Shown here one piece after another: positions 1 through 14,322 of a stretch of 64,000 bases of DNA. The notes under the pieces were generated by a model. It saw nothing but the letters and a program-made list of their open reading frames with translations. It made no database searches and was not told the DNA's origin. Numbering within the stretch: position 1 is the stretch's first letter; every line of letters begins with the position of its first letter. The DNA comes from Eledone cirrhosa (Eukaryota), in the NCBI GenBank assembly GCA_964016885.1, contig OZ024744.1:70494001-70558000 (forward strand), in the 5' to 3' direction. The position numbers and the translations under genes are program-made.

Positions 1-143
1 AGTGGTGCCTGTAATTGTGTTATTTCAAGCGGAACATCTTTTTAACTCCTGAATCTCCACATGATGTCTTTGACACTAATAACAACTATGTACCCTAAAT
101 GTTCTAAATGACTAGGATTCTAGTTACACGTTTTCGACATTCC

Positions 144-195
144 TTATGCTCCGATGATTCCAGACTTCCCTCTGGAAGAAACAATTGTCAGCTAA
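144..195 (+). ncRNA. type I hammerhead-like motif (C4 core variant)
   Basis: gct-CCGATGA-ttccaga/cttccc/tctggaa-GAAA-caattg-TC-agc: 7-bp stem II, palindromic stem III, short stem I. Confidence 0.6.
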
Positions 196-364
196 TAAAT
201 GTTCGAAACTAAAATTTGATCGTTTTAACACTTTGTATCTCGGCTCTGTAAAACACTTGAAAATTTGCATTGAGCCTTTTGTCATACCGGTAACCGGCTA
301 GTACTTAGTACTACCCTACATATTTATAGTTGTATCAAACATATATAAATATAAATATAAATAT

Positions 365-442
<78 letters not shown>

Positions 443-443
<1 letters not shown>

Positions 444-519
444 TTCCATTACCCAAGCAAGGTTTCTCGAAGTCAAACGATTCTAACAGAAACGTTTGAT
501 TTCGTTCATCAGATGAAAT
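443..519 (-). ncRNA. type I hammerhead ribozyme in dispersed module (440-665; relative at 35335-35500)
   Basis: Minus strand atttcat-CTGATGA-acgaaatcaaacg...cgtttgacttcga-GAAA-cc..ggTA-atggaat. Confidence 0.7.
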
Positions 520-666
520 ATCTTTATCATAATAAAGATATTTCATAATGGAATATTACGTAATGAAATAATTATATTGTATGTTTTATTATGTAATTGA
601 ATAGCTCTGTATTATACATAGAGCACTCTTTTTTTCCTTTACCTTTTCTACGGAAATACTTAACAC

Positions 667-741
<75 letters not shown>

Positions 742-1109
742 TTTGTGTGAGAGAGAGATAGAGAGAGAGAGTGTGTGCGTGTGTACGGATGTGCATGTAT
801 GCATGTGTGTGTGTGTGTATGCATGTGTGTGCATGTATCAGTATATGTGCATGTATGTGCGAATTAAGTTCGAATATGACGGCAATGACGAGGAAAGTTA
901 ATGATTTTAGATTTCAGTACAAGGCCAGCAAATTGATACAAGGAGAAATCTGATTATATTGACCTCAGAAATTTAACTGGTACTTTATCTTATCGGCCCC
1001 AGGAGGGTAATTTGACTACGCCTGGATTTAAACTCAGAGCGTAAATAGCAAGAAAAGTAATATTGTCAGAAAGCCAGTAATTCGGGGGAAATAGAAAATC
1101 TAAACTATA

Positions 1110-1220
1110 ATAATTGTTTCTACTTTTGGCATAAGGCCAGCAATTATCCTAGTATATTACTGGTACTTTATTTTATCGACCCCGTAAGGATGAAAGGCAA
1201 AGTTAACCTCGGCGGGATAA
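1110..1220 (-). mobile_element. tRNA-derived SINE, 3' part
   Basis: ggtactttattttatcgaccccgtaaggatgaaaggcaaagttaacctcggcggga, shared with many copies in the window. Confidence 0.75.
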
Positions 1221-2059
1221 ACTATAATAAAGGAAGGTCTGCGAGATTGCATATGGTTTATATTTTTTTTATCCCGTTTGTAAAATAAGTTGGATTACTT
1301 TGAATAAATAATGAATGAATATTACATAATTTATCTACTCAATTTCGTAAACAAAATTAATTTCGTAAAAATAAATAATTTCAAATTGACTTCTTTTCAA
1401 AGTTGCACTTCCGGTATATCGTCGCCACCACCCCCATTTCAACTACCATATATATAGAAAGAGAGAGTGTGTGATGAAAGAGATAGAGAGATTATGACTT
1501 TCTACACGCTGACGCGTATGATTGTGCACATACATACATCTATATGTATGAGTATATAACTATTATGAGTATATAACTTTAATCGAGCAAACACAAACTT
1601 ATAAAAATACACTCTCACAGACATAATTCACACAAATACACATACTTTCACACAAATATACATACATTCACACATACTTTTACACAAACATACATACATT
1701 CACACATACTTTCACACAAATATACATACATTCATACAAACATATATTCACACACACTTTCACACAAATACACATACATTCACACATATACATTTACACA
1801 AACACACACATACAGTCATGATAGCGTTCGGTGTAATTGGAAACTCATTTAATATAATGGTTACAGAATGAAAACAAATATAAAATATACAAAGGAAAGG
1901 GAAAGGAAAAAAGAAAGAGAAAAAATACACAAGCACTAATACACACATCTTAGACCCCCTAGAACAAAATGCAGACGAAAGGGGTGGAAAAACGAGCCGC
2001 TACCAGAACAAAAGATAGCAATATAGCGAGGGCGCACTGGGAAACCTCTCTAATAATTT

Positions 2060-2470
2060 TTGAGGCAGGCCAACACGCTCGCAGCGTTACCTGGGATGAT
2101 GGCGAGGCTGAGGTGCTGGAACAACCAAGTGCCTTCACGAGCATCACCAGTTACCTCTGTTTGGCGAGCCGCCAGTTAAGATAAGAACCTCGCTGTCAGT
2201 AGCCCGACTCCCCCAAACGTATCGAACGCCACAGGCTGGATAATGTTTTTACCTGACAGAACACGGTATTTTAGAATTTTGTTCCGTTCAGCTGCGGATG
2301 CTGTAGCTGTCGCTCTTACCGCTGCATCTAGGATGTGGGAGGAAGCAAAAGAGCCACTAACTGTGACGTCCCAGGTAAGGCACCTGCCACTTGACCAGGA
2401 GCACAGAGTAAGACCGTCAAGTTTCTTATCAATTCAGGACAACCCAGACGGTTCCAAAATCGAGGGGATG
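2060..2470 (-). mobile_element. CRE-like non-LTR retrotransposon fragment (restriction-like endonuclease C-terminus)
   Basis: Manual translation: LEPSGL..DGLTLCSWSSGRCLTWDVTV...KYRVL...PVAFDTFG...WLFQHLSLAIIPGNAASVL, with stops. Confidence 0.7.
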
Positions 2471-2679
2471 TTTGACCGGGCCAAAGCTCGTGTGTGTATG
2501 TGCGCATGCGTGAGTTTGTCGGCTTCTTAAATTAGAGACACGTGTGTGTGTGTCACAGTTTTTAAGTTAGACATATATATGTGTGTATCACTTTCCTTCC
2601 TATTACACACACATACATTCACACAAACACACATACACATTGCGTGATGGACGGGTGGACAGAAGTCCCTCAAATATCT

Positions 2680-3320
2680 ATACATGTGAATGGAGTTCTA
2701 CTGAAGCAGATAGAGAAGTTCAAGTATCTTGGAGCCGTGTTCATGAGTTGATGGAATGCAGGGGGCTGAATTAAGTGCAAGAATTGCAAAAGCTGATGCA
2801 GTTATGCGCCAGCATCAGCATTCAGCAATCAGAAGAAGGGGTAGGTGTAAAAGCCAAACTCGCTGTCTTCCTGGTATTCTTGCCAACTCTTACCGAGGAT
2901 CATGAATCTCGAGTAATGACCAAAAGAATACAATTGCAAATAAAAGTGGCAGAAATGGGATTCCTCCGAAGGGTCTTTGGAGTAACGTTACTCGATAAAG
3001 TGCATAACTCAGAGACCAGAGAGTCACTCCTGGTAGAGCCGCTACTTCTCCGAATTGCTAGATCACAACTCCGATACTATGAGCATGTGGTTAGAATGTC
3101 TTAGTAAAGAATCGCTGGACACATTTTACAGGCAAAACCAACTGGCAAGAGACCCTGAGCAAGATAGTTGGATAACATCCATGAGCTTGGCTGGTCACGC
3201 TTTGGGATCCAGCTGGATCAGTTAGAGGTGTTTGTTACTGACAGACTCGTTGGAAGGAGTTTTTGAGAAGGAATCTACCCCCACGACCCTCTCAGAAATA
3301 AGTGGGTGAAGAAGAAGATA
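2680..3320 (+). mobile_element. RTE-clade LINE 3' fragment
   Basis: EKFKYLG, AEMGFLRRVFGVTLLDKVHN, RSQLRYYEHVVRM, KPTGKRP; ends in a (GAA)n tail. Confidence 0.8.
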
Positions 3321-3449
3321 TTGCCAATTTACTTTTCAATTTACATATATCTATATGCATATATATTTGCGTATAATACCAATATGCACACAACATATGC
3401 TAGCAGAAAACCGCCCCTCGGGCGGTTTTCTGCTAGTTGATCATAACGA

Positions 3450-3815
3450 CCGAAGTACTTAACTAGTACTTTATTTTATAGACCCCGGAAGGATGAAACG
3501 CAGAATTGGCCTCGGTGGGATTTGAAACCAGAACGTAGAGAGCCGTTACTAAATGTTGTAATGCAGTTCATCTGACGCGCTAACAAGTCTACAAATTCAC
3601 TGCCCTTGCCAGAAAAGTAATAAGAATGGTTTCTAGTATAAGCACACGACCAACAAATTTTGCGGGAGGTGAAAGTCGATTAAATCGACACCAGTACGTT
3701 ATTGGTACTTTATTTTATCGACCCTATAAGGATGAAAGGCAAAGTTAACCACGGCGGGATTAGAACCCAGACAATAAAGGGCCGTAACTCTACGCTGCAA
3801 AGCATGGTGTCCGAT
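3450..3815 (-). mobile_element. two tRNA-derived SINE copies
   Basis: Same core (atcgacccc..ggatgaaaggcaaag..ggcgggatttgaa) present twice. Confidence 0.7.
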
Positions 3816-4429
3816 CCTAATAATAATAAAATAAAATTTAAGGTAAGAATTATCTCCTCTTTGCTCTTAATTCATACATAAATGACATTACCACAAAACC
3901 TTTGTTGTTTTATTCATCATTGCATCCCCGCTGACTGTTATGGCTACATCACCTAATTCTGTATCTCACTCTCAGATTCTTTTCTTTTCTTTTCTTTTTA
4001 TGTCATTCTTCAGCTCTACGTGTTCTTAGAACTGCAGTTGACTTTATTTATTATATATATCTTTTTCTCCTGTCTTTAGAGAAGTTTAGAATCAGTTTTC
4101 CTTTTCTAGCCCCTCTCTCTCCCCCTCTCTTTCTCTCTTTCTCTCCATCTCTCTCAATTTCTCTTTTTGTGTTTCTTTCGACTCGTTCCCTCCATTTTTC
4201 ACTCTTTCTCTCTCCACCTCTCTCTCCCTTTTTTCTCTCCCTTTTTTTCTCTCCCTCTCTCTCTCCACCTCTCCCACTTTTTTTCACCCTCTCTCAATCT
4301 CTTTCTCTTAACATTATTTTCTCCTCTCTCTTTCTTCTCTTCCCCTATATGTACCTTATCATACAGCAGATAACTAAAATGAAAAATATAAATTTGAAGA
4401 CAACCCTAGAAAGATGGACTAAGTATTAA

Positions 4430-4621
4430 CAGACCTGTCAACTCTTTTCGTCTGACGGGTAGATACCCCACCCACTTTGGAGTGGGTGAGAGATGTTTTC
4501 TCTTGTGAAAATGGGTATAGCTTTCATTTTGTAAAATCTCCCCATTTGCCTCATTTCTCCCCGTTTTGGGGCACATTTTTTCATGGTACTCCCCATTTGG
4601 TTTTTTAGAGGTTGGCAGGTC

Positions 4622-4623
<2 letters not shown>
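4430..4623. mobile_element. MITE with 13-bp terminal inverted repeats
   Basis: CAGACCTGTCAAC ... GTTGGCAGGTCTG; no clear TSD. Confidence 0.55.
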
Positions 4624-4689
<66 letters not shown>

Positions 4690-4691
<2 letters not shown>

Positions 4692-5454
4692 CCCTTCCCC
4701 CTCCCCCAATCACGCACACACGCACCGGTACATATATACACGCACTCACACTATCCACACACCCTACTACCACCACTAACCCTCACCCCACACATCCACT
4801 CCCACCACCCCACAACTAATACCACTAACATCCCCCCGACCCCACGCACACGAACACACACCCACCCACCCACACCCACTTACACCACCCACTCTACAAA
4901 CCCTACCACCACTGACCCCCACTAAGACACCCGCATTCAACCCTTTCCCCACCACCAGTATACTAACACCCACTAACACACCCTTCACCACACACACACT
5001 CATCCAAACACGCACACACACACCAGTACACTACACTCCCTCCACCTTCCCTCCCACACCTTTCGCTCCCTCTCCCCTCTCCACCCACACCCCTTCACAC
5101 ACACATCCCACTAACACCTCTACTAATACACACACCCTCCCCCCGCACGACCCCCTCCTCACTCCACCTTTCACACCTACCCATCCTCTTCCCTGTCCAC
5201 CGCACCTCCGCATACACTGACTTTCGCCACCTGCCATTCTCCTCTACTGCTGCTATGCCTTGACCGTCTGACCACTTCTCCGCACACACAGACACACAGC
5301 CCTCTCCACCTGTCATTCTCCTCTACCCTCCTCCTGCCTTGACCCTCTGACCACTTCCTGTTGCGCGCGCACCCCACATCTCCCCTCTTCCGACCAACAC
5401 AACCACGGATTACACACATCGGTCATCGTTCCCACCATCAACTCCATCACAACT
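4690..5454 (+). mobile_element. C/A-rich 3' UTR fragment of the PLE at 51.7-54.9 kb
   Basis: Shares long words with 53420-54160, e.g. caccggtacatatatacacgc and gaccacttcc..tgcgcgc. Confidence 0.75.
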
Positions 5455-7520
5455 GTGATGACGGAAGTGCGACAACTTAGGAAGAATATGGTTACAGTCT
5501 GGCTGGACTACAGTAAAGCTTTCGATTCTGTTCCCCACTCTTGGATGATAGAGGCCCTCCAACTTGTTAAAGTCCCAGACATTATTATCAGAGCCATAGA
5601 GAAGCTGTCTTCTTCTTGGGCTACTATCCTAAAGATAAAGACAGAGAAGGAGGACTCTATTTTCACTGATAAAATAAAATATCGGAGGGGTATATTTCAG
5701 GGAGACAGACCCTCTGTGATATTATTCATCCTGTCATTAAACCCCTTGTCCTTTCTGCTCAAGAAATGTGAGGGATCCATCATTGGCTCACAGGAGGACA
5801 GAAATACGAGCCTAGCCCATAATTTCTTTGTGGACGATCTAAAACTCTATGCCATGGATGGGATGGAGAAAAATCTTGACGTGGTTACAACATTCTCAAA
5901 TGATATAGGAATGGAGTTTGGCCAAGATAAATGTCCATATATGACTGTAAAGCGGGAAAAACTATAACCCAATCTAGCAATATTTTTATCAATGGCCTAA
6001 CTGTTTCATCGATATCTGACGAGGGCTGGTACATATAATGGTATTTGTAATAAAGAACGCGTAACCCTATTAAGAGAAATATAGTCATCGGAGCTCTGTG
6101 CACAATAAAACAGTGGCTTACTGTGCCTGTCCTAACACCAACGTTTGGAATATTCGATTGGACGATAGACGAAATCAGAGCAATTGATGTTAAAACTCGA
6201 AAAATTCTAAACAACACCGGAAACTTCCACATCAACAGTGGCATAGACCGCTTCTACTTGAAACGAACGTAAGCAGGGAGGCAGAGGCCTAACATCAGTC
6301 CAGACAACATTTCAGTGTCGCATCATATTCCTCCGACAACATTTACGAACCTCGAAGCGTAGGAGCCCATTGATTGAGCAAGTCTGTCTGCATGAGACAG
6401 ATAAGATCATGAGAGTTGGGAAGGAACTCCTTGAGAGATATACCCTGTGTGATAATCAAAAACTCACTGCAGTACCGCAGTGAATTTATGGATGAAAAAC
6501 TGCATGCTTATCAGCAAAATATCATGCATGGATATGTTGCCAGGAACCTCCACAGTGAGAGTAATGTAGATAAGCAAAGTAGTCTATCTTGGACCAACAA
6601 CCGCTATATTGGCTCCCACTTTGAAGGATACGCTTTTGTAATCTGAGAACAGGTAATCAACACAAAATACCTGATTCACAAAAAAGATGGTGATGCAGGC
6701 AAACCACCTAGATGTGACAATAAATGCAGACTCTGCAGAATTAATATCGAAAATGTCACCCATGTCATATGCAGCTGTCCAAAGATGTCATTCGCAGTAC
6801 TATTTACCTATGAGACATGATGTAGTGGTCAAAACACTGTCCAATGCAATCCGTAGAAAAGATAGCCCCAATAATAAACACATTAAAAGCTACAGCAATG
6901 TGGAAGACATTCTTATACATAATATGAAAGAGTGGTGGTGGAATGTTCCAGTCAAAACTCAAATAAAAGGCAAGCGTAACAGACCAGATATAATGATATG
7001 AGACAGGGAAAAGAAGGCATGCATAGTAGTGGAAGTTAGCTGCCCAGCAGATGCCAATATAATATTAAATATTAGCGAAAAGGAGAATATCTATGCAGAA
7101 CTAATGAAAAATCTGCAGATACTCCACCCTGACTATACCTTCAGATTATTAGGTATTATTGGAGCACTGTGATATGTTAGTAACTGCCTCAGTACGAATC
7201 TTGAGAAGCTGGGCTTCACAGAAAGTACATGACTAGTTAGGAAATTACAAGTACAATCCATTAATAGAACAGTAAAAATATGTAAAACCTTCCAAAAATT
7301 CTACATCTGATAACATGTACAGATACAAATCATATACACATGCACACATACAACTCAAAACATACACATCCACACAAACAATAACATCCATACCTGCACA
7401 CACATACATACATTTCTACCTAGTTGATGTTGTGTAAATTCCAATGAAAGTCTTGTGTCTATGTTAGTAACCTCTCTCTCTATTGGTAAAAATGTGTGAA
7501 ATTATAAAACCAGGACAACA
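5455..7520 (+). mobile_element. R4/Dong-like non-LTR retrotransposon, 5'-truncated and degenerate (RT, CCHC, RLE)
   Basis: WLDYSKAFDSVPHSW, RGIFQGD, FFVDDLKLY, FGQDKC; CRLC..HVICSC; RHD; NRPDIMI..VEVSCPAD; stops and frameshifts. Confidence 0.85.
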
Positions 7521-7534
7521 TACATATATATACA

Positions 7535-7620
7535 TATGTGGATGGGAGGAGGTGAAATCAAGGTAAGAGTCGGAGTATGTAGGCTTATAGAAAATGGAAG
7601 TAGAGAGGGTGTGGTGAATG
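7535..7620 (-). mobile_element. PLE RT thumb fragment
   Basis: FYKPTYSDSYLDFTSSHPH, matching FFKPTDSHSYLDFTSSHP in the 52103 ORF. Confidence 0.7.
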
Positions 7621-7672
7621 TGATCGATAGCCACTAACCTGATAGTACGCACGTCTCGCACACCCATATATA

Positions 7673-8050
7673 TCTATACTAAAAAGCTGAGGGTCGTATG
7701 TAAATAACAAACTTTTCGCCAAGCGGCTGGACCAAACGGCGCCAAATTTGCACCATAGATGCAACTTTTTCCAAGTAAGAAAGTGATATTAGTTTTGTCT
7801 ACTGAATTTTGATAAACTATTAAAGACATTATTTAAATATTCATTTCTTTATAATTTTCAAATGTCAACACTTCCGGTTATACGACATTCCTAACGTCTT
7901 CACGAACCAAAGTATAATCTTCCTGTTTTCCTTCGGTTGCAACGTTTTTCGAAATATTTACTTCTGCGTTCACAGATTGATTTTTTTTAGTTTCAGAAGA
8001 TCCCGTTAAGGGTGAAAGCAGCGATTCTTTGCTTAAACTTTAATCTGTTA

Positions 8051-8142
<92 letters not shown>

Positions 8143-8490
8143 TATATTCGTGTACAGATATTTTGTGCATACACAAAAACAAGATATAAACAAACGTATT
8201 TATTTCACGAAAGCACAGAGGGCTTATCGTCATTATTACTGCCGATATGCCACCCAAAAGGTCCTAGCCCGGCCGCAAGATCAGATTTTCTAGAAGAAAA
8301 AATGTTACTAGAGCAACAGAAAGACTAAGCTTCGCGATTACCATCAACAAAGCTCAGGGTCAAACCCTAAAAGTGGCAAGCCTTCATCTGGGAAAACCAT
8401 GGTCAATTGTATGTAGGATGCTCTAGGGTGAACTCGCCAAACAATATGTAGCGACTAGCGTCACCTTGCCCGGGGAGCAAAAGCTAATTG
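7673..8490 (+). mobile_element. non-autonomous Helitron remnant interrupted by (TA)n
   Basis: 5' TCTATACTAAAAAGCTGA; PIF1 helicase tail LSFAITINKAQGQTLKVA..HGQLYVGCSRV at ~8325-8435; related piece at 49537-49745 (-). Confidence 0.7.
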
Positions 8491-9934
8491 GAGTTACTTC
8501 CCCGTGGCCAGTATATAAGGGAGTGTTCTGACGTCACTCGATCTCTCTTGCTCACTTACTCTTTTTTCCACCTTTTGGCCGCCTGGCCTAGTAAGCCAGG
8601 CACGGTTTCGCCAAAGGTAGTTCTTAGCTCTTATTTCTCTTTCGGTCGAGCTTTTTCCGACCTGCAACACATCTGCTGAGGACCTATACCATAAGGCTCA
8701 GCCCATATGTATTCCAATCCTTCTTACAAGGATTAACAAAACAAGTCACAGGTATGTCATTTAACCATTGTAATACACGCACACACAAGCACACGAATAA
8801 AGAAAAATTACCTTCATATACAGTTGAGAAGACTTATCGTTGTTATTATCATATATATTATTTCCTGTCTGCATCTCATCATCTTGCTTCCTGCTTTCCT
8901 TACATACTCTTGTGTTCCTTCACTTATTAAATTATTAAATTAGTAATTGGCATTACTAGAGTAAATAACCTTATGAACAATTCACTAAAAATATCTTCAT
9001 CTTTGCTCCCGAGGGCCAAACAAAAAATAATGTATACTCTGAGTCTCTAATAATGTAATTTATGTATTTTCTGTTACTTTGAATTTCCATTATGGTTGTA
9101 CAAATTATTGTAAAGTTTGTTAAAAAATGTGTTCTCTGTTCAAACTTTATTGTTGTAACTATCAATTTTTTTTTTATGTACTGGCTGAGAAAAGAAACCT
9201 ACAATGAAAGAACATCTTAAAGTTTACCCAAGCTAAATGTATTTATTAACATTTCTATCTTGCAGGTTCTTAGCAAGCTTACTGGCGCTTTAGTATGGTA
9301 TTCAATTCTCATATCGTTTTTGATTGATATGGTGCATATATCGCAGCTATTCATATGTTTTAAACAAATAAAAGAGAGATGTTTGTTGGTTGGTTCCTTC
9401 GCGTATCACACGAAAAAAACGAAAAGTGACAATCGGAAAGTATGTACAGGATTGGGATAAGATTATATCCAGGAAAAGTTATTGATACTAATTTTATAAC
9501 ACCAAAGAAGAAGACATACCACGTATGCTAACCAACTAGACTGCTATTTCTAGCAGGCTGGGAATCAACCATAAGGGATTCTCTCTGCGAGTTCGTTGTC
9601 AGTGATGATCGTGTTTCGCGGCCTTTGTCTCCGATTCCAACGGTGGTTTACACACACACACACACACACGCGCGCACACGCACGCACGCACACGAACACA
9701 CACACGAACACTCACACAGACGCACACACATATATATATATACACACACACATATATATATATATATGCACACACACGAACACTCACACACACACGCACA
9801 TATATATATACACAAACACACACAAACATACACACACACTGTAAACAAGACAATGCATTCAATACAGACGTTTTCTCTTCTGCCGGTCTTCTCTTATCAT
9901 TTGTTAACCCTGGCAAAGCTGGGTACCTCAGCTA

Positions 9935-10010
<76 letters not shown>

Positions 10011-10365
10011 TCTTTTACTCTTTTAGCTGTTCCAGCTATCCGGTTGAGGCCATGCTGGGCCACCGCCCTTATATATATATATTGCATTTAAAGTTATATG
10101 TCTCGCGGTTCTCAGTACGTGTGTAAGTTCAGATGGATCGATTCTCCTTTATTGACGATCCAGATCGAACATTTAACTGCACTAATATTTTTGGTAAAAC
10201 GTATTCGTGATTTCTGACAAATACGTATAAAGAAGAAATATATATAATTTTTATCAGGTATCCATATTTTAAATTTTTGTTAACCACGTGTTCTTAGATT
10301 CAATGCAGATTATCTCATGTTAAAGTTGATATGTTCTATTGAACGCATATATCAGTAGATATACA

Positions 10366-10398
<33 letters not shown>

Positions 10399-10565
10399 GA
10401 CATTCACTAATTTGTGATGTATCATCATCATCATCATACAGAACTGTTTCTGGCCGGTTTTCTACAGCTGGATGCCCTTCCTAACACCAACCACAATTAC
10501 AGTGTGGACTGGGAGCCTTTATATATGTATATATATATATATATATACACACACATATATATATA

Positions 10566-10615
<50 letters not shown>

Positions 10616-10869
10616 CGCATTCATGTATGTAGAATGTATGTATGTATGTATGTAGTATGTATGTATGTATGTATGTATGTATGAATGTATTTATATATAT
10701 GAGGCCCCTTCGGTCATTACTGATTTGCATCTGGACAGTTCTTTCCAAGGTGCAGTCCTGGTTAAGGTATACTATGGAAGACCAGCAACACCCATTCATG
10801 CCAATCTCCATTGCTGAACAAAGGAAAGGTAAAAGCCGGTACAACTTGGCACCAGTGACGTCGTAACGG

Positions 10870-10990
10870 AGAGAACTGGAACATGAAATAAAGTGTCTTG
10901 CTCAAAGACACAAAGAGCCGCTCCATCCAGGAATCGAACTCATTGCCTTACGATCATGATCCCAACACCCCAACCACAAAGTCACATTCA
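10870..10990 (-). mobile_element. second tRNA-SINE family fragment (also 28130-28250 +)
   Basis: B-box gagttcgattcc followed by gtc(c/t)ttgagcaagacactttatttca. Confidence 0.6.
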
Positions 10991-11049
10991 TTCACTGAGT
11001 ATTTTCGGGTGATATGAGGATCCAATTGGAAATGGTACTTCTGCACTCT

Positions 11050-11330
11050 TGACTTCAATGGTGAACGGACGGCATTGGTTCTCAAAACCAACAATTCTTG
11101 ACAGTCATCTCTGCCTATGCTTCGACGATACCAAGGACTTTTCTACAGCAGCTTTAAAACAATTATACGCGCCACGCCACCTGAAGACAAACTCGTGATA
11201 CTGAGTGATTTCAATAACGACTTCTCTGCCGGTTTTAAAACAGCAGTATCTAGAGCAATGGTCTTACCAGTCCTCACATACAGCTGCGAAACGTGGACTA
11301 TGCACCGATGCCATAAACTGCATCTATAAA
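11050..11330 (+). mobile_element. RTE LINE remnant (APE endonuclease piece joined to C-terminal piece)
   Basis: PEDKLVILSDFN; KTAVSRAMVLPVLTYSCETWT. Confidence 0.6.
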
Positions 11331-11799
11331 ACAAACACATCAAATAGTTATAGGGGATAATTTGTGAAGAGTGTAAACATAGATAGTTACGGAGGTAACA
11401 TATTAAAATTAACAAGAAATATATTTCACCATTAAACAGTGAATCATAGGAGAAGATTTAACAATCTCTGATCACAAAGATGTTTCTCCTTTCCAGCACA
11501 GACGTCTTCAATCATCGCCTTTTGAAACACGTCCAACTGAACCTCTTATATAACAACGCTCAACAGTTTTCCAAGAGATAGCTACCTGAATAAACCTGTT
11601 TTTCCTCAAAGAAATTTTTTTTTTTTTCGTTTATACCACTCCACTGCTTCTATTTTTCTTTTATTTTTCTATTTCTTCTTTTTGAAGAAAGGATAGCGTC
11701 CGAACCGTTAAGATTCTTAACCAACTGTATCAAGCGTAAAACTAATATATTCCTTCGTTGTACTGTGTCGTTTACTTTGTTATTTCCGTTTGCCTTTTG

Positions 11800-11906
<107 letters not shown>

Positions 11907-11989
11907 TAAATTTAAGATGAATACTATCCCCGACAGTAATGCCACAACTACAGTCATGTTGAATAATTGGTTATTCTTCTAACTATATC

Positions 11990-14322
11990 TACTGAAGTCA
12001 CCTTTTATTCGAATTCGTAGAGATATCCGACTAAATACATAATTAATTTTACAAGGATTTGCTACAAACAGCATGGCTGAACACAACATCAACAACAAAA
12101 TTAAGGAAGTACCAAAGACAAAGAACAAGAAAGGTAAACAAACTTTATTCAGTTGTAGCTACAGAAGAAACCGAAATTATAAATCGCATTTCTCTTGGAG
12201 TTGCGAAATTAATAAGGATTTATTTAATTGTTATAAAATGGCAAAAAAACAATCCCTCTATTGGATATATGAACAGAATGAAGCTACACTGGGACGAAAT
12301 ACACCCAGAGCTAAATTATTTCACAGCAAAACAATTACGCCAACAAGCGACGTTTGTTGAACGTAAAAATAAGATAAATAGTATTAATTGTAAGTCCTCC
12401 TCAACAAACATGGAATCAACAATACGTGCTACAGGTTGCCATGCTACTAGACGTCCTAGCAGCCAGGTAGAACAGCGCTTTGAAACAACTATGCCTGTAA
12501 GAAACTTGACACGACTTCTACCATCTAAGTCTACCTCGAATGCCGGGAAAAACACTATCGATAATAATAATAATCGAAGAAATAATAATAATAATCGAAG
12601 AAATTTTACACCACGTGTACCATCCGAGTCTACCTAGACTGTTGTGGAAAATACTATCGATAATGATAATAATCAAAAGTATAAACAATTGAAAATTTCC
12701 CTCAACGAAATCTTCCAGAGAGAAATTAATTCATGTATAAATATCTCTCTTGCTGAACGTATTAAAACAACAATATTTAATAAATAAATAAACAAATAAT
12801 GAAATATTACGTGTTATTGACGAAACAGGGGATGAATATTTAAAAAACCCCAACATTTTGGCAAATCAACGCCTGTTTATATGCCTTAACAACGACAGTG
12901 AAGCATTATCTTGGTGATAGCAGAGATATTAACAAGAACAAAACACCACCAAAAAATACCATCATATATAACTAAAATAGAAAAAAAGATTGCTGACCTA
13001 CGAAAAACCATAGGATATGTGACAATGCTCCTTACATGCAAACAGACACAAAAATCTCACTCCTCACCAACAAAGAGTGAAAAATAAAATAGAGACGATG
13101 TTTTGTAACAGTAGAAGCAGAACTCTTCAATATAAGCTGATCACACTCAAACAAGAATTGAGAGCTATTAGCGAAAAACGCCGATACCTGAAGTAGGTAG
13201 ATGAAAGAAAAGTGCTTAATAAAAGATTCAGACGAAACAAAACATCAGTCTATAGAGATATGAAGGGCAAAATAATAAGTATCACAGAAAGACATAGATT
13301 CGTTTTGGAGAAAAATATGGGGTGAAAAGAAGAATTTGAATCAAGATGCAGTATGGCTAAAAGAAATCCGAAAGAACTATTGCTCCTACACTACAACAAA
13401 AACATACGAAATAAGTGAGGGTACCCTTGAGACTGTGATAGGAAAACTCCAAGATAATAACCTGATGTATAAGATGTATACAGCCTGCTTGAACCTATTC
13501 CTCCAAGATCACTGTCAAAATAATAACATCATCACAGATGAACAAGCAGCTGAAAAGGAAGGGGTTTGGGGGATGTGCTGAACAACTCCTAATCAACAAA
13601 ACTGTGATGACGGAAGTCGAACAACTTAGGAAGAATATGGCTACAGTCTGGCTGGACTACAAGAAAGCTTTCGATTCTGTTCCCCACTCTTGGATGATAG
13701 AGGCCCTCCAACTTGCTAAAGTCCCAGACATTATTATCAGAGCCATAGAGAAGCTGTCTTCTTGGGCTACTATCCTAAAGTTAAAGACATAGAAGGAGGA
13801 CTCTATTTTCATTGATAAAATAAAATATCGCAGGGGTATATTTCAGGGAGACAGTCTCTCTGTAATATTATTCATCCTCTCAATAAAGCCCTTGTCCTTT
13901 CTGCTCAAAAAATGTGAAGGATACATCATTGGCTCACAGGAGGACAGAAATGCGAACCTAACCCATAATTTCTTTGTGGACGATCTGAAACTCCATGCCG
14001 AGAACATGGATGGGATGAAGAAAAATCTTGACCTGGTTACAACGTTCTCAAAGGATATAAGAATGGAGTTTGGCCAAGATAAATGCTCATACACGACTGT
14101 AAAGCGGGGAAAAACAACAACCCAATCTAGCAACATTGTCATCAATGGCCTAACTGTTCTACCGATATCTGATGAGGACTGCTACAGATACTAGGGATAG
14201 ATGAGAACATATCCTATAATGGTATCTGTAATAAGGAACGCGTAACCAGGGAATACTACACCCGATTAAGAAAGATCTGGTCATCGGAACTCTCTGCGCA
14301 AAACAAAACAGTGGCTCACTGT
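11990..14322 (+). mobile_element. R4/Dong-like element, 5' portion and RT; second copy
   Basis: N-terminal IGYMNRMKLHWDEIHPE..QLRQQA; 13600-14320 is close to 5455-6130 in sequence. Confidence 0.85.
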
